Shown: positions 1-9,657, counted from the first letter of the stretch. The stretch is 64,000 nucleotides of DNA from an uncultured Roseburia sp. (GCA_945836255.1 CAMAKU010000001.1:15836-79835); one strand, 5' to 3'. The notes: a model not told the origin generated them from the letters alone. Numbers and translations are program-made.

Positions 1-2
1 AA

Positions 3-689
3 GGACGCATACACACCATTGCGTGCCGAAATGGCACTGACCACATTCTTATAGGTAATAAAATTATCTGCGGTTCCCAAAGCATCGGAACTGCGAAAAT
101 CAATCTCATTCTGTCCCGGGCCTGACTCGTGATGGGAAGATTCCGGCTGAATGCCCATCTCCTCCAAGGTCAGACAAATCTCACGCCGGATATTCTCCCC
201 CCTGTCCAGAGGTGCGATATCCAGATAGCCACCCTCGTCCCAAGGCTCACTGGTAGGGCGTCCTTCGTCATCAGTCTTAAACAGATAAAACTCACTGCGA
301 AGTCCCATGCGGCAGGAGAATCCCATGTCCGCGCATTCCTGTATGGTATCCTTCAGGAATTTTCTGGCATCATACGGATAGGGAGAACCATCCGGTAGCA
401 CAATATCACAGTAAAAACGGATGACCCGCCCCTGCTGAGGACGCCATGGCAATACATTCAGCGTATCCGGTGCCGGTTTTAAATACAAATCCTGATACAC
501 GGGATCATCGTATCCCAAAATCAGGAACGAATCGAAATTGATGCCAATCGTAAAGGCCGTGCGCAACTCCTCCGGCATAATTGAGATATTTTTTTGATTT
601 CCAAAAATATCACAGAATGCCAACCGGATAAATTTGACATCGTTTTCCTCCACAAATTCCATGATTTCATCGATTGCGTAATCTGCCAT
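3..689 (-). CDS. glnA: Glutamine synthetase type I-like protein, N-terminal part (runs off window); catalytic motifs degenerate
   Basis: Manual translation from ATG 689 (SD GGAGG): MADYAIDEIMEFVEENDVKFIRLAFCDIFG...DEGGYLDIAPLDRGENIRREICLTLEEMGIQPESSHHESGPGQNEIDF, which are GS-I signature motifs. Absent from the ORF track because no stop lies in the window. Confidence 0.9.
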   Translation of the reverse strand, partial: MADYAIDEIMEFVEENDVKFIRLAFCDIFGNQKNISIMPEELRTAFTIGINFDSFLILGYDDPVYQDLYLKPAPDTLNVLPWRPQQGRVIRFYCDIVLPDGSPYPYDARKFLKDTIQECADMGFSCRMGLRSEFYLFKTDDEGRPTSEPWDEGGYLDIAPLDRGENIRREICLTLEEMGIQPESSHHESGPGQNEIDFRSSDALGTADNFITYKNVVSAISARNGVYAS

Positions 690-730
690 ATCTGACCTCC
701 CTCTGTGCTCTGACAGTTGCGTTTTTCAAA

Positions 731-796
731 TAAAAAAAGCGCCCGAAGAGAGATATAGAGTGAACACCCCATACCCAACTCCGAACACCATTGTCC
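731..796 (-). promoter_or_regulatory. ANTAR-type hairpin plus overlapping intrinsic terminator (glnA-like leader)
   Basis: RNA GGAC-AAUGGU-GUUC (796-783); its 3' arm GGUGUUCGGAG pairs with CUUCGGGCGCU followed by a U tract (738-732). Confidence 0.75.
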
Positions 797-809
797 GTTT
801 AACAGTAAT

Positions 810-838
810 ACTTTACTACATCGTCTTTTTTTTGTAAA
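810..838 (-). promoter_or_regulatory. sigma-A-type promoter for glnA-like gene
   Basis: TTTACA-17 bp-TAAAGT. Confidence 0.55.
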
Positions 839-847
839 GAGACTAAT

Positions 848-1159
848 TTAATGTATTAAGAATAATTCAAAAAGAAATACTACGCCGCAACAAGCGACTG
901 CCACTTGAAACAGACTACCGCCAAACCATGCCACTGCGATACCGCAGATCAATGCAATCGCACCCGAGATTGGGCTCTGTGTGGCATCCAGAATTGCCGG
1001 GAACGTCATCACCGCCAACGTCACATAGGGCACATAATACAAAAAGGAGCGCACAAACGGATTGCGTATCTCCTTACGAATCAGCGTCAGTGGCAGCACA
1101 CGAATCAAATAACTGACCCCTGCCATAATCAGAATATAAAGATAGATGTTATGACTCAT
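848..1159 (-). CDS. azlD: AzlD-family branched-chain amino acid exporter small subunit
   Basis: Hydrophobic ~103 aa (MAGVSYLIRVLP...FLYYVPYVTLAVMTFP), overlaps azlC stop. Confidence 0.85.
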   Translation of the reverse strand: MSHNIYLYILIMAGVSYLIRVLPLTLIRKEIRNPFVRSFLYYVPYVTLAVMTFPAILDATQSPISGAIALICGIAVAWFGGSLFQVAVACCGVVFLFELFLIH

Positions 1160-1901
1160 GGGCCACCTCCTCATCCTCCGGTCGCGGGAACAGAAGGGCT
1201 GCCACCGCAGAGATTGCCACCGTCAGGATAATTGTTCGGGTACCACTGGCCACTTGAGAAATACCGGGCAGTACCCCCGACAGATAACTCAGCACAAAGG
1301 AAAGGACAACGATGCCGAGAACAACCTTATTCTTCCGTCCTACCGGTATAATGATTGCCAGAAACATACCATACAAAGCAACACCAAAGGCACTCACCAG
1401 ACGAGACGGCATCAGATTTCCCGCCATGCATCCCAGTGCTGTCCCAATCGCCCATGCCGGCGCTGCCAGTGTGATTGCTCCATAGGAATAATTGGGATTC
1501 AGATAACCCGGACGAGACACGGAGATGGCAAAGATTTCATCTGTCACATCATAAGCGATGGCCATACGATGAAACACCGAAGTCTGGGCTGTCACTTTCT
1601 GACTCAGCGCGCAACTCATCAACAGATAGCGGGCATTCGCAATCAATGTCATAATCGCCACCTCTACATAGGAGGCCTGCACCATAATCAACGAAAATGC
1701 TGCATATTCTCCTGCCGATGCATTACACGTCAAACTGGCGAGAAAACTCTGAAAGGGATTGAGCCCCGCCTTTTTTGCCATGATACCCAAAGAAAAGGAT
1801 ACCGCCAGATACCCCAGCGCAATCGGGATCGCATCCCGCATACCACTGACAAATTCTTTTCGATTGTCGCTTTTATCCAACGAATAGACACTATGTTTCA
1901 T
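1149..1901 (-). CDS. azlC: AzlC-family (LIV-E) exporter large subunit
   Basis: GMRDAIPIALGY, NARYLLMS and TDEIFA motifs. Confidence 0.9.
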   Translation of the reverse strand: MKHSVYSLDKSDNRKEFVSGMRDAIPIALGYLAVSFSLGIMAKKAGLNPFQSFLASLTCNASAGEYAAFSLIMVQASYVEVAIMTLIANARYLLMSCALSQKVTAQTSVFHRMAIAYDVTDEIFAISVSRPGYLNPNYSYGAITLAAPAWAIGTALGCMAGNLMPSRLVSAFGVALYGMFLAIIIPVGRKNKVVLGIVVLSFVLSYLSGVLPGISQVASGTRTIILTVAISAVAALLFPRPEDEEVAHES

Positions 1902-2841
1902 CAATCTGTCTCGCTCCTTTCTGCGGCAGTTGAGGAATGATGACTGCAATAAAAATAACAACACAGCCGAGCCCCTCTACCGGCGTAATCCGTTCCCCCA
2001 TCAACAGGACCCCAAAGATTACGGCAAACACGGACTCCAGACTCATAATCAATGTGGCCGAGGTGGGTTCGGCATGCTTCTGCCCCAGCACCTGCAAGGT
2101 ATAACCAATACCGGAAGAGATTACACCGCTGTATAGAAGTGGCTGCCAGAGTGATATAATCTGCTCCCAAGTGGGATGCTCAAAACAAGCCATCAGCACG
2201 AGACTTAGGATTCCCGCCGTAAGAAACTGCACGCATGACAACACCATGCCGTCACACCGCTCCGAAAAAAAATCCACCGCCATAATGTGCCCGGCAAAGA
2301 CCAGCGCACACAGTAGCACAAACAGATCCCCTGTCTGCACTGTGATGCCGGCAGACTTGCCTGCCATGGTCAACAGATAAAAGCCCACACAACCGAGAGC
2401 CACACAGCCCCAAATCCGCGGACGAATCTGCCGACCCAAAAAGATGCCCAGCAAAGGGACAAATAAGATATAGAGGGAAGTGATAAATCCCGCTTTTCCT
2501 GCATCCGTCTGATAATAAAGTCCAAATTGCTGGAGATTGGAAGCAATACAGAGCAACAGACCGCAACAAATACCGCCCCAGATGGATGATCGGAGGCTGG
2601 TCACATCGTTGTCTTTGCTATGCTCCTTCTTCTGTTCCCCAAGCGACGGTATCTCACGCTTTCTCTTTGCTGTCTGCATCCATGCAATCACCGGGAGCAG
2701 TGCGATACCACCAAGCATCATGCGAATTCCATTGTAGGTAAATGGCTCCAGTTCTGCGCCTGCTTTTTGTGCCACAAATCCCATACCCCAGATCATGGCC
2801 GTAAGCAGCAACATCAGATTGCCTTGTACTCTTTTGTTCAT
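1891..2841 (-). CDS. DMT/EamA family transporter
   Basis: AMIWGMGFVAQ, AGKAGFITSLY and SATLIMSLESVFA motifs; about 10 TM segments. Confidence 0.9.
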   Translation of the reverse strand: MNKRVQGNLMLLLTAMIWGMGFVAQKAGAELEPFTYNGIRMMLGGIALLPVIAWMQTAKRKREIPSLGEQKKEHSKDNDVTSLRSSIWGGICCGLLLCIASNLQQFGLYYQTDAGKAGFITSLYILFVPLLGIFLGRQIRPRIWGCVALGCVGFYLLTMAGKSAGITVQTGDLFVLLCALVFAGHIMAVDFFSERCDGMVLSCVQFLTAGILSLVLMACFEHPTWEQIISLWQPLLYSGVISSGIGYTLQVLGQKHAEPTSATLIMSLESVFAVIFGVLLMGERITPVEGLGCVVIFIAVIIPQLPQKGARQIDET

Positions 2842-3641
2842 ACGTCTTGTCCTGTCCTTAACTCATTTCGTATCTGTGCAAACACCTGCTGCGTGTCGGG
2901 ATTGTCCGACACAAATTCCGTCAATCGTCCCAGATATCCCTGTTCCAAAGCAATCCTTTTACTGATGGGATAGACGAGTTCATAGAATAGCGAAATATGT
3001 CCTACCACATGATCTACCGGTGTCTTCTTCAGACTGCGAAGTACTGCATGATGTTCATAAAAGGCTTGCAGTACCTCCGGTGTCACTGTAGCATTCCTCA
3101 ATTCTTCCGTGGTGGTATTATAGATATCCTCCATCGGCGTCTCCAGATTCACGCGGAAGATATCGATCTTATCCGCATCCCGCAGGATGTCACAGAACAT
3201 CTTTTGACGTTCGCTGATGTTCTCAGGCAGACGATAGGCGCTATGATAGCGAATGGCCGTATCAATCAGTTCATCGTAATCATCCTCCGGCATAAATTCC
3301 CGTATCCTACCCGCCTGCTCTTCGTCGCCAAACAAAATCTGAATACTGAGCAGCGCATGATCGATGGAATCTGCATCGGAAAATGTATTAAAACGGCGTA
3401 TCTGCTCGAAGCGCCCGATATCATGCAACAGCCCACACATCCACGCCACCAGAATATCCTCCTCGTTCAGCCCGATATCACGGGCGATGCGTTCACACAA
3501 CTCTGCCACATGATAAGTATGCACTGCCTTAAGTGCGATCTTGGGTTGCGCCATATCATAATGGGCCGTATAATCTGCAAAGCGTCTCTTTGCCTGCTGT
3601 CTGATTGTTGTCATCTGCTCTTTTTCCATATCATTACCCAT
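2838..3641 (-). CDS. HD-domain metal-dependent phosphohydrolase
   Basis: H(TYHV)...GLLHDIGRFEQ...DH...H...DADKID; SD CAGGAG before ATG 3641. Confidence 0.85.
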   Translation of the reverse strand: MGNDMEKEQMTTIRQQAKRRFADYTAHYDMAQPKIALKAVHTYHVAELCERIARDIGLNEEDILVAWMCGLLHDIGRFEQIRRFNTFSDADSIDHALLSIQILFGDEEQAGRIREFMPEDDYDELIDTAIRYHSAYRLPENISERQKMFCDILRDADKIDIFRVNLETPMEDIYNTTTEELRNATVTPEVLQAFYEHHAVLRSLKKTPVDHVVGHISLFYELVYPISKRIALEQGYLGRLTEFVSDNPDTQQVFAQIRNELRTGQDV

Positions 3642-3699
3642 ATTCTCCTGCTGTTCGCGGATTATTGCTAAGATTCGACCGGATTCTAAAACCTGTACT

Positions 3700-3751
3700 A
3701 TCATAGCAGAAACCACTTATGGTTGCAAACATAAGGAAAAGAACATATATA
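3700..3751. promoter_or_regulatory. Divergent sigma-A promoters sharing a palindromic TTGCAA -35
   Basis: Minus: TTGCAA(3728-3723)-17-TATGAT with TGn extension. Plus: TTGCAA-17-TATATA(3746-3751). Confidence 0.5.
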
Positions 3752-3752
3752 T

Positions 3753-3930
3753 TATCATGAGATGGAACATTTGAAATTCTCGATATGTGTTTTCACCAAT
3801 ATGTATTCCCGAAATCCATTTGATAATGTGGTGACATGTATTCTATAGTGAGAATTGAAAGAAATGAGATTGTATCTATCTGATACACGAACAAATCCCC
3901 CAGAGTTGCCGCTCTGGGGGATTATTTTTT
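3753..3930 (+). ncRNA. Candidate structured (rod-like) small RNA
   Basis: Nested complementary blocks TATCA/TGATA, GATGGA/TCTATC, CATTT/AAATG, AATTCTC/GAGAATT, ATATGTG/CATGTAT, TCACCA/TGGTGA; upstream promoter candidate; downstream terminator with a plus-strand U tract. Confidence 0.45.
3893..3930. terminator. Intrinsic terminator (probably bidirectional)
   Basis: AATCCCCCAGAG-ttgccg-CTCTGGGGGATT followed by ATTTTTT. Confidence 0.85.
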
Positions 3931-3966
3931 ATTCCATCATGTCTAAGGATTACCTCTGCGAACCGA

Positions 3967-5733
3967 TTACTCTACATCCTGCAATGCCTGATAATCTTCT
4001 TCGCCGGTACGAACCTTAACCACCTTGAGAACATTGTATACGAAAATCTTACCATCGCCGATATGACCTGTGTACAATGCTTTCTTGGCTGCTTCGATAA
4101 CGGTTTCCACCGGAATCTTGCTTACGATGATCTCAACTTTGATCTTCGGAAGTAAGGTAGCATCCATCTCAACACCACGATAGTACTCGCCGGCGCCCTT
4201 CTGAACACCACAACCCATAACCTGTGTGACGGTCATACCGGTAACACCGAGATCGTTCATCGCCTTCTTCAAGGTATCGAACTTCGTCAGCTTTGCAATA
4301 ACAACGACCTTATGCATACCTGTGTTGAAGATCGGCACGCCATTCGGGTCCAGATCGTCTGCCTGTGCAACCACAGGAATCGCACTGTCTTTCTTGAACT
4401 GTGATGCTTTCTCGTAGTCATCTTCGCCAAGATCTGTATTTTCATTGACATCCATTGCCATAGAGGTATCTGTAATTGAGAATCCTGCATAGGCACTTGG
4501 AAGACCATGTTCCATAACATCCAGTCCGACAATTTCTTCCTCTTCCGTAACACGCAGTCCCATGGTTTTCTTGATGACCATAAAGGTGATGGTGATGGTA
4601 ACTGCTGTCCATGCACATACGGCCAGAACACCTAACAACTGAAGTCCCAACTGCTTGAAGCCGCCGCCATAGAACAGACCTACAACACTGTCATTGCCCG
4701 GAGCAGATGTGGTAGAGAACAGACCTACGGCAATGGTTCCCCAAAGACCATTCATAAAGTGAACAGCCACGGCACCAACCGGATCATCTACATGAAGTAC
4801 ATAATCACAAAGCCATACACCAAAGACAACCAATACACCGGCTACGGCACCGATGATAATTGCACCGAAGGCATCTGTGGTATCACAAGGAGCTGTGATG
4901 GCTACCAAACCTGCCAGGGAAGCATTCAGGCACATAGAAACATCCGGCTTGCCATATCTCACCCAGGTAAATACCATACATACAACCGTTGCAACTGCCG
5001 GGGCAATCGTCGTCGTTACAAAGATGGAACCCAACTGTTCTACGCTGGTTGCAGCAGCACCGTTGAATCCATACCATCCTAACCAGAGAATGAATACACC
5101 AAGCGCACCCATGGGAAGATTGTGTCCCGGGAATGCATTGACTTTTACAATCTTTCCTTCTTTATCCTTTGTAAACTTACCGATACGAGGTCCAAGGATT
5201 GCTGCACCGATCAATGCAGAAAGACCACCTACCATATGAATTGCGCAGGAACCTGCGAAATCGTGGAACCCAAGCTGTGATAACCAGCCGCCGCCCCAGA
5301 TCCAGTGTGCCTCAATCGGATAGATCAATGCGGAGATCACACCGGAGTAAATACAGTAAGATAAGAACTTGGTTCTCTCTGCCATAGCACCGGATACGAT
5401 GGTTGCGGTGGTGGCACAGAATACTAAGTTAAAGATAAAGTTGGACCAATCGAAATCCGCATAACTGGTAAAGATATCAAATCCCGGCTTACCAATCAGG
5501 CCAATCATATCTTCGCCCAGTAACAGGCTAAAACCAATCAGAATAAATACAACAGTTCCGATACAGAAATCCATCAGATTCTTCATGATGATATTTCCGG
5601 CATTCTTTGCTCTGGTAAAACCTGCCTCTACCATGGCAAAACCTGCCTGCATCCAAAAGACTAACGCTGCGCCGATCAAAAACCAGACGCCAAAGGTCTG
5701 ACTGCTGATGGCATCTAAAATTTCCTGTGTCAT
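3967..5733 (-). CDS. amtB: Ammonium transporter Amt fused to a C-terminal PII (GlnK) domain
   Basis: MQAGFAMVEAG, SGAMAER, DFAGS, GWYGFNG and DDPVGAVAVH motifs; C-terminal GMTVTQVMGCGVQKG...LLPKIKVE...TGHIGDGKIFV...VRTGE. Confidence 0.95.
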   Translation of the reverse strand: MTQEILDAISSQTFGVWFLIGAALVFWMQAGFAMVEAGFTRAKNAGNIIMKNLMDFCIGTVVFILIGFSLLLGEDMIGLIGKPGFDIFTSYADFDWSNFIFNLVFCATTATIVSGAMAERTKFLSYCIYSGVISALIYPIEAHWIWGGGWLSQLGFHDFAGSCAIHMVGGLSALIGAAILGPRIGKFTKDKEGKIVKVNAFPGHNLPMGALGVFILWLGWYGFNGAAATSVEQLGSIFVTTTIAPAVATVVCMVFTWVRYGKPDVSMCLNASLAGLVAITAPCDTTDAFGAIIIGAVAGVLVVFGVWLCDYVLHVDDPVGAVAVHFMNGLWGTIAVGLFSTTSAPGNDSVVGLFYGGGFKQLGLQLLGVLAVCAWTAVTITITFMVIKKTMGLRVTEEEEIVGLDVMEHGLPSAYAGFSITDTSMAMDVNENTDLGEDDYEKASQFKKDSAIPVVAQADDLDPNGVPIFNTGMHKVVVIAKLTKFDTLKKAMNDLGVTGMTVTQVMGCGVQKGAGEYYRGVEMDATLLPKIKVEIIVSKIPVETVIEAAKKALYTGHIGDGKIFVYNVLKVVKVRTGEEDYQALQDVE

Positions 5734-5762
5734 AACTTCTTCCTCCTTAAAATAAATGATAT

Positions 5763-5816
5763 AAAAAACGTGCACGCTGAGGGAATTTCCCCACCCAGAC
5801 GTGCACGCCATTGTGC
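5763..5816 (-). promoter_or_regulatory. ANTAR-type hairpin plus overlapping terminator (amt-glnK leader, intercistronic after glnN)
   Basis: GCAC-AAUGGC-GUGC (5816-5803) overlapping stem CGUGCACG...CGUGCACG-UUUUUU. Confidence 0.8.
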
Positions 5817-5832
5817 TTAAGTTATTATGTAA

Positions 5833-7929
5833 TTATTTTACGCTGTAAAGCATCTCACCATAGGTCGGATACGGCCAGATATCGGACGGGACCACTACCT
5901 CAAGGGCATCGATCACTTCACGAAGAGAATTCATATCTTCGAAGATTACCTCGCGATAGTATCTTGCGATTGCCAGCGCCTCCTGTGATTCATCCAATGC
6001 ATCCACATCGGCCTCCAGTTTTTCCAGACGCTCCTGTAATGATGCCGTCATCTCGGCTGCCTGAGACAATAATTTTTCCTCAGCGGCTGTAGCCACGGCA
6101 ACACCGGTTGCCTTCTTCGCATTGATGACTTCTGCCAGAGAATACTGATATTCACAGGCAGCACCCATGATATCTTTCTTCGTCATGGAAATCATGGTCA
6201 GTGCTTCGATATTGATGGTCTTGTAATAATTCTCCAGCAGAATCTCATATCGCGCATGAATCTCGCTTTCCGTATAGACCTCATTCTTGGTAAACAATTC
6301 GATTGTCTTATCCTGAACGAATACCGGAAGGGCATCTACGGTTGATTTCAGATTAGACAAACCACGTCTTTTCGCTTCCTCAACCCACTCTTCGCTGTAG
6401 CCATTGCCATTGAAGATAATGCGCTTATGGGCAACGATTTCTCTGCGAAGCAAAGTATCCAATGCCGCATCAAAATCATCTGCCTTTTCCAGTTCATCTG
6501 CGAACTCTGCTAAGGATTCTGCCACAATCGTATTTAAGATTACGTTTGGCCCGGAGATGGATGCGGTTGATCCAAGAGAACGGAACTCAAACTTATTACC
6601 GGTAAATGCAAATGGTGATGTACGGTTACGATCTGTCGTATCCTTCGGAATATGCGGCAACACCGTTGCACCGATGGACATCAGTGTTTTCTCTTTATCA
6701 TGGTAATCGACGCCTTTTTCAATGGAATCAATAACATCCGTCAATTCATCACCTAAGAATACAGACATGATTGCTGGTGGTGCTTCATTGGCTCCCAGAC
6801 GGTGATCATTTCCTGCACTTGCAACAGATAACCGGAGCAATTCCTGATAATCGTCTACTGCTTTAATGACAGCGGTTAAAAACAGTAAAAATTGTGCGTT
6901 TTGGGAAGGAGTTGCACCGGGTTCAAGCAGGTTTACTCCGGTATCCGTCGATATAGACCAGTTGTTGTGTTTGCCTGAGCCATTCACTCCGGCAAAAGGT
7001 TTCTCATGAAGCAGACATGTCATACCATGACGACCTGCCACAGTTTTCATCATCTCCATCGTAAGCTGGTTATGATCCGTTGCTATGTTCGTGGTTGAGA
7101 AAACCGGTGCCAACTCATGCTGGGCTGGCGCTACCTCATTGTGCTTGGTTTTTGCAAGGATGCCAAGTTTCCACAACTCCTCGTCTAACTCTTTCATGTA
7201 CTCGGACACTCTCGGCTTAATGGTGCCGAAGTAGTGATCTTCGAGTTCCTGTCCCTTCGGCGGCTTTGCACCGAACAAGGTTCTTCCTGTATAGATCAGA
7301 TCCGGTCGCTTCTCATAAACGGAAGAATCAATCAGGAAATATTCCTGTTCCGGACCTACCGTGGTAATGACGCGCTTTACGTCTGTATTTCCAAATAACC
7401 GCAGAACGCGGACAGCCTGCTTATCCAGTGCCTGCATAGAACGAAGTAACGGTGTCTTCTTATCCAGTGCTTCTCCGCTGTATGAACAGAATGCGGTAGG
7501 AATGCACAGGGTATCGTCCTTAATAAAGGCATAAGATGTCGGGTCCCATGCAGTATATCCTCTTGCCTCAAATGTGGCACGCAGACCTCCGGATGGGAAA
7601 GATGAGGCATCCGGCTCGCCCTTGACCAGTTCCTTGCCGGAAAACTCCATGATGACTTTTCCGCCCGGTTCCGGGGAAATAAAACTATCATGTTTCTCGG
7701 CCGTAACACCTGTCATAGGCTGGAACCAATGGGTAAAATGTGTGGCTCCTTTTTCAATGGCCCAATCTTTCATAGCGGCAGCAACTACATTTGCTACATC
7801 CAACTGCAGGTGCAAACCATCTGCCACTGTCTTTTGCAGTGCTTTGTAGATGTCTTTTGGCAGTCGCTCCCTCATCACTTCGTCATTAAAGACCATACTT
7901 CCAAATAACTCAGGTACTTTCATTGTCAT
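5833..7929 (-). CDS. glnN: Glutamine synthetase type III
   Basis: 698 aa; [69 protein letters not shown] and [18 protein letters not shown] all intact. Confidence 0.97.
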   Translation of the reverse strand: MTMKVPELFGSMVFNDEVMRERLPKDIYKALQKTVADGLHLQLDVANVVAAAMKDWAIEKGATHFTHWFQPMTGVTAEKHDSFISPEPGGKVIMEFSGKELVKGEPDASSFPSGGLRATFEARGYTAWDPTSYAFIKDDTLCIPTAFCSYSGEALDKKTPLLRSMQALDKQAVRVLRLFGNTDVKRVITTVGPEQEYFLIDSSVYEKRPDLIYTGRTLFGAKPPKGQELEDHYFGTIKPRVSEYMKELDEELWKLGILAKTKHNEVAPAQHELAPVFSTTNIATDHNQLTMEMMKTVAGRHGMTCLLHEKPFAGVNGSGKHNNWSISTDTGVNLLEPGATPSQNAQFLLFLTAVIKAVDDYQELLRLSVASAGNDHRLGANEAPPAIMSVFLGDELTDVIDSIEKGVDYHDKEKTLMSIGATVLPHIPKDTTDRNRTSPFAFTGNKFEFRSLGSTASISGPNVILNTIVAESLAEFADELEKADDFDAALDTLLRREIVAHKRIIFNGNGYSEEWVEEAKRRGLSNLKSTVDALPVFVQDKTIELFTKNEVYTESEIHARYEILLENYYKTINIEALTMISMTKKDIMGAACEYQYSLAEVINAKKATGVAVATAAEEKLLSQAAEMTASLQERLEKLEADVDALDESQEALAIARYYREVIFEDMNSLREVIDALEVVVPSDIWPYPTYGEMLYSVK

Positions 7930-7960
7930 AACGCTGTCCTCCTATTTTCTTTTGCTTTCA

Positions 7961-9544
7961 TTAACAACCACTCTGTCCGTAGTTTTTCAGAACCCGGGCG
8001 GATGGATCGTTGACATCACAGTTTTCCCAATTTTTATTCGGCATCCAGAAATCGGCGATCATCTCCGCCTGATTCGGATAATATTTCTCAAATAGTTCCC
8101 GATAAAGCAGCGACTCCTTGGTAAACGGTGTCGCATAGGTATATTTTGCTGCACGCTCCTCAAATTCTTCCTGCGTATACAGCCCTTCTGCATATTCCTT
8201 AATGTAATCCACCATGGAATGTCCTACCGCATCAGAAAATGCCGCTTTTTCGCGGAACAGAATATCATGAGGGAGATAATCCCCTTCTTCAAAGGCATGT
8301 CGCAACAGGTATTTTCCTTTTTGATAGCGGTTCATCTTCAATTCCGGATTGATGCTCATCACATATTTGACGAATGCCAGATCTCCAAAAGGAACTCTTG
8401 CCTCCATGGAATTAACGGAAATGCAACGATCCGCACGAAGCACATCATACATGTATAATTCATGCAATCGTTTTTCCGCCTCTTTCTGGAACTCCTCTGC
8501 ATTCGGTGCAAAATCCGTGTATTTATAACCAAAAATCTCATCGGAAATCTCACCTGTCAGCAGCACCCGTAGATCCGTCTGCTCATGAATGGCTTTGCAG
8601 ATCAGGTACATACCCATACTTGCCCGAATTGTGGTAATATCGTAGGTTCCCAGAATCTTGACCACTTCCTCCAGAGAAGCAATGACAATATCCTTATCAA
8701 TGATAATCTCATGATGATCACTGTGGAGGTAATCTGCCACCTCTTTCGCATATTTCAGATCAATGGCATCTTCGTTCATGCCAATGGCAAAGGTCTGAAT
8801 CGGCTTGTTCATTCGCTTCTGTGCAATGGCACAGACCAGCGAACTGTCCAGCCCGCCACTGAGAAGAAAGCCAACCGGTGCATCCGCATCCAGTCTCTTG
8901 TCCACGCCGGCCACCAGAAGTTCCCGAATCTTTTTGCACGCGGTTTCCAGATCATCTTCACTGTATGTCTGGCGTTCTGCAATATCGTCATAGCAGATAA
9001 ATTTGCCATCTTCATAATAATGTCCCGGCGGGAACGGCATTACCTTATCACTGAGCCCCACCAGATTCTTCGCTTCACTGGCAAACATGATACTGCCTTC
9101 CTTATCGTATGCATAAAACAGCGGGCGAATACCGATGGGATCACGGGCTGCAATCAATTCTTTTTTGTGGGCATCATAGATAACCATTGCAAATTCTGCA
9201 TCTAATCGACTGAACATCTCCACACCGTATTTTTCATACATGGGAAGAATGATTTCGCAATCCGAATCACTTGCAAAGGTGTATCCTTCCCTCTCCAGTG
9301 CCGCTTTCTCCGTGCGGAAGCCATACAACTCACCATTGCATACCACGTAATTGCCATGCAGTGTAAAGGGCTGCATACCGCTTTCCGTCAGCCCCATAAT
9401 AGCCAGACGCTGAAATCCAAGTACACTGTCATCCACACAGATGACACGTGACATATCCGGCCCTCTGGATGTCGTCTTGGCAAAATTGTCTTTGAATTCC
9501 TCCAGCGAAATATTTTGTTTCGCCAATGCCATGATTGAACACAT
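7961..9544 (-). CDS. asnB: Asparagine synthetase B (glutamine-hydrolysing)
   Basis: N-terminal Cys (MCSI), RGPD, NGELY, LSGGLDSS, TGEISDE. Confidence 0.95.
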   Translation of the reverse strand: MCSIMALAKQNISLEEFKDNFAKTTSRGPDMSRVICVDDSVLGFQRLAIMGLTESGMQPFTLHGNYVVCNGELYGFRTEKAALEREGYTFASDSDCEIILPMYEKYGVEMFSRLDAEFAMVIYDAHKKELIAARDPIGIRPLFYAYDKEGSIMFASEAKNLVGLSDKVMPFPPGHYYEDGKFICYDDIAERQTYSEDDLETACKKIRELLVAGVDKRLDADAPVGFLLSGGLDSSLVCAIAQKRMNKPIQTFAIGMNEDAIDLKYAKEVADYLHSDHHEIIIDKDIVIASLEEVVKILGTYDITTIRASMGMYLICKAIHEQTDLRVLLTGEISDEIFGYKYTDFAPNAEEFQKEAEKRLHELYMYDVLRADRCISVNSMEARVPFGDLAFVKYVMSINPELKMNRYQKGKYLLRHAFEEGDYLPHDILFREKAAFSDAVGHSMVDYIKEYAEGLYTQEEFEERAAKYTYATPFTKESLLYRELFEKYYPNQAEMIADFWMPNKNWENCDVNDPSARVLKNYGQSGC

Positions 9545-9587
9545 ATCTGTTGTCTCCTTCCCCTTCCAGCGCTGCCTGGAATTTTAT

Positions 9588-9642
9588 AAAAAAAGAAGGC
9601 GCCACAGACTAGTCACTTAACTAATCCGTGGCGCCTTTGCCA
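9588..9642 (-). promoter_or_regulatory. ANTAR-type hairpin plus overlapping terminator (asnB leader)
   Basis: UGGC-AAAGGC-GCCA (9642-9629) overlapping stem AAGGCGCCACGGA/UCUGUGGCGCCUU followed by CUUUUUUU. Confidence 0.8.
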
Positions 9643-9657
9643 TCTAAATTTACATTT

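Noticed and set aside
3762-3848. 28-aa ORF MEHLKFSIC... inside the rod RNA candidate (possible type I toxin)
   Set aside because: No SD inside the predicted transcript and no hydrophobic TM character
3753-3890. Assignment of the rod RNA as 6S RNA
   Set aside because: No clear large central bubble or recognisable 6S motifs by eye; needs cmscan
5734-5811. N-terminal extension or leader peptide of Amt (MACTSGWG...)
   Set aside because: That ATG lies in the ANTAR hairpin loop without an SD; the likely start is 5733 after AAGGAGG
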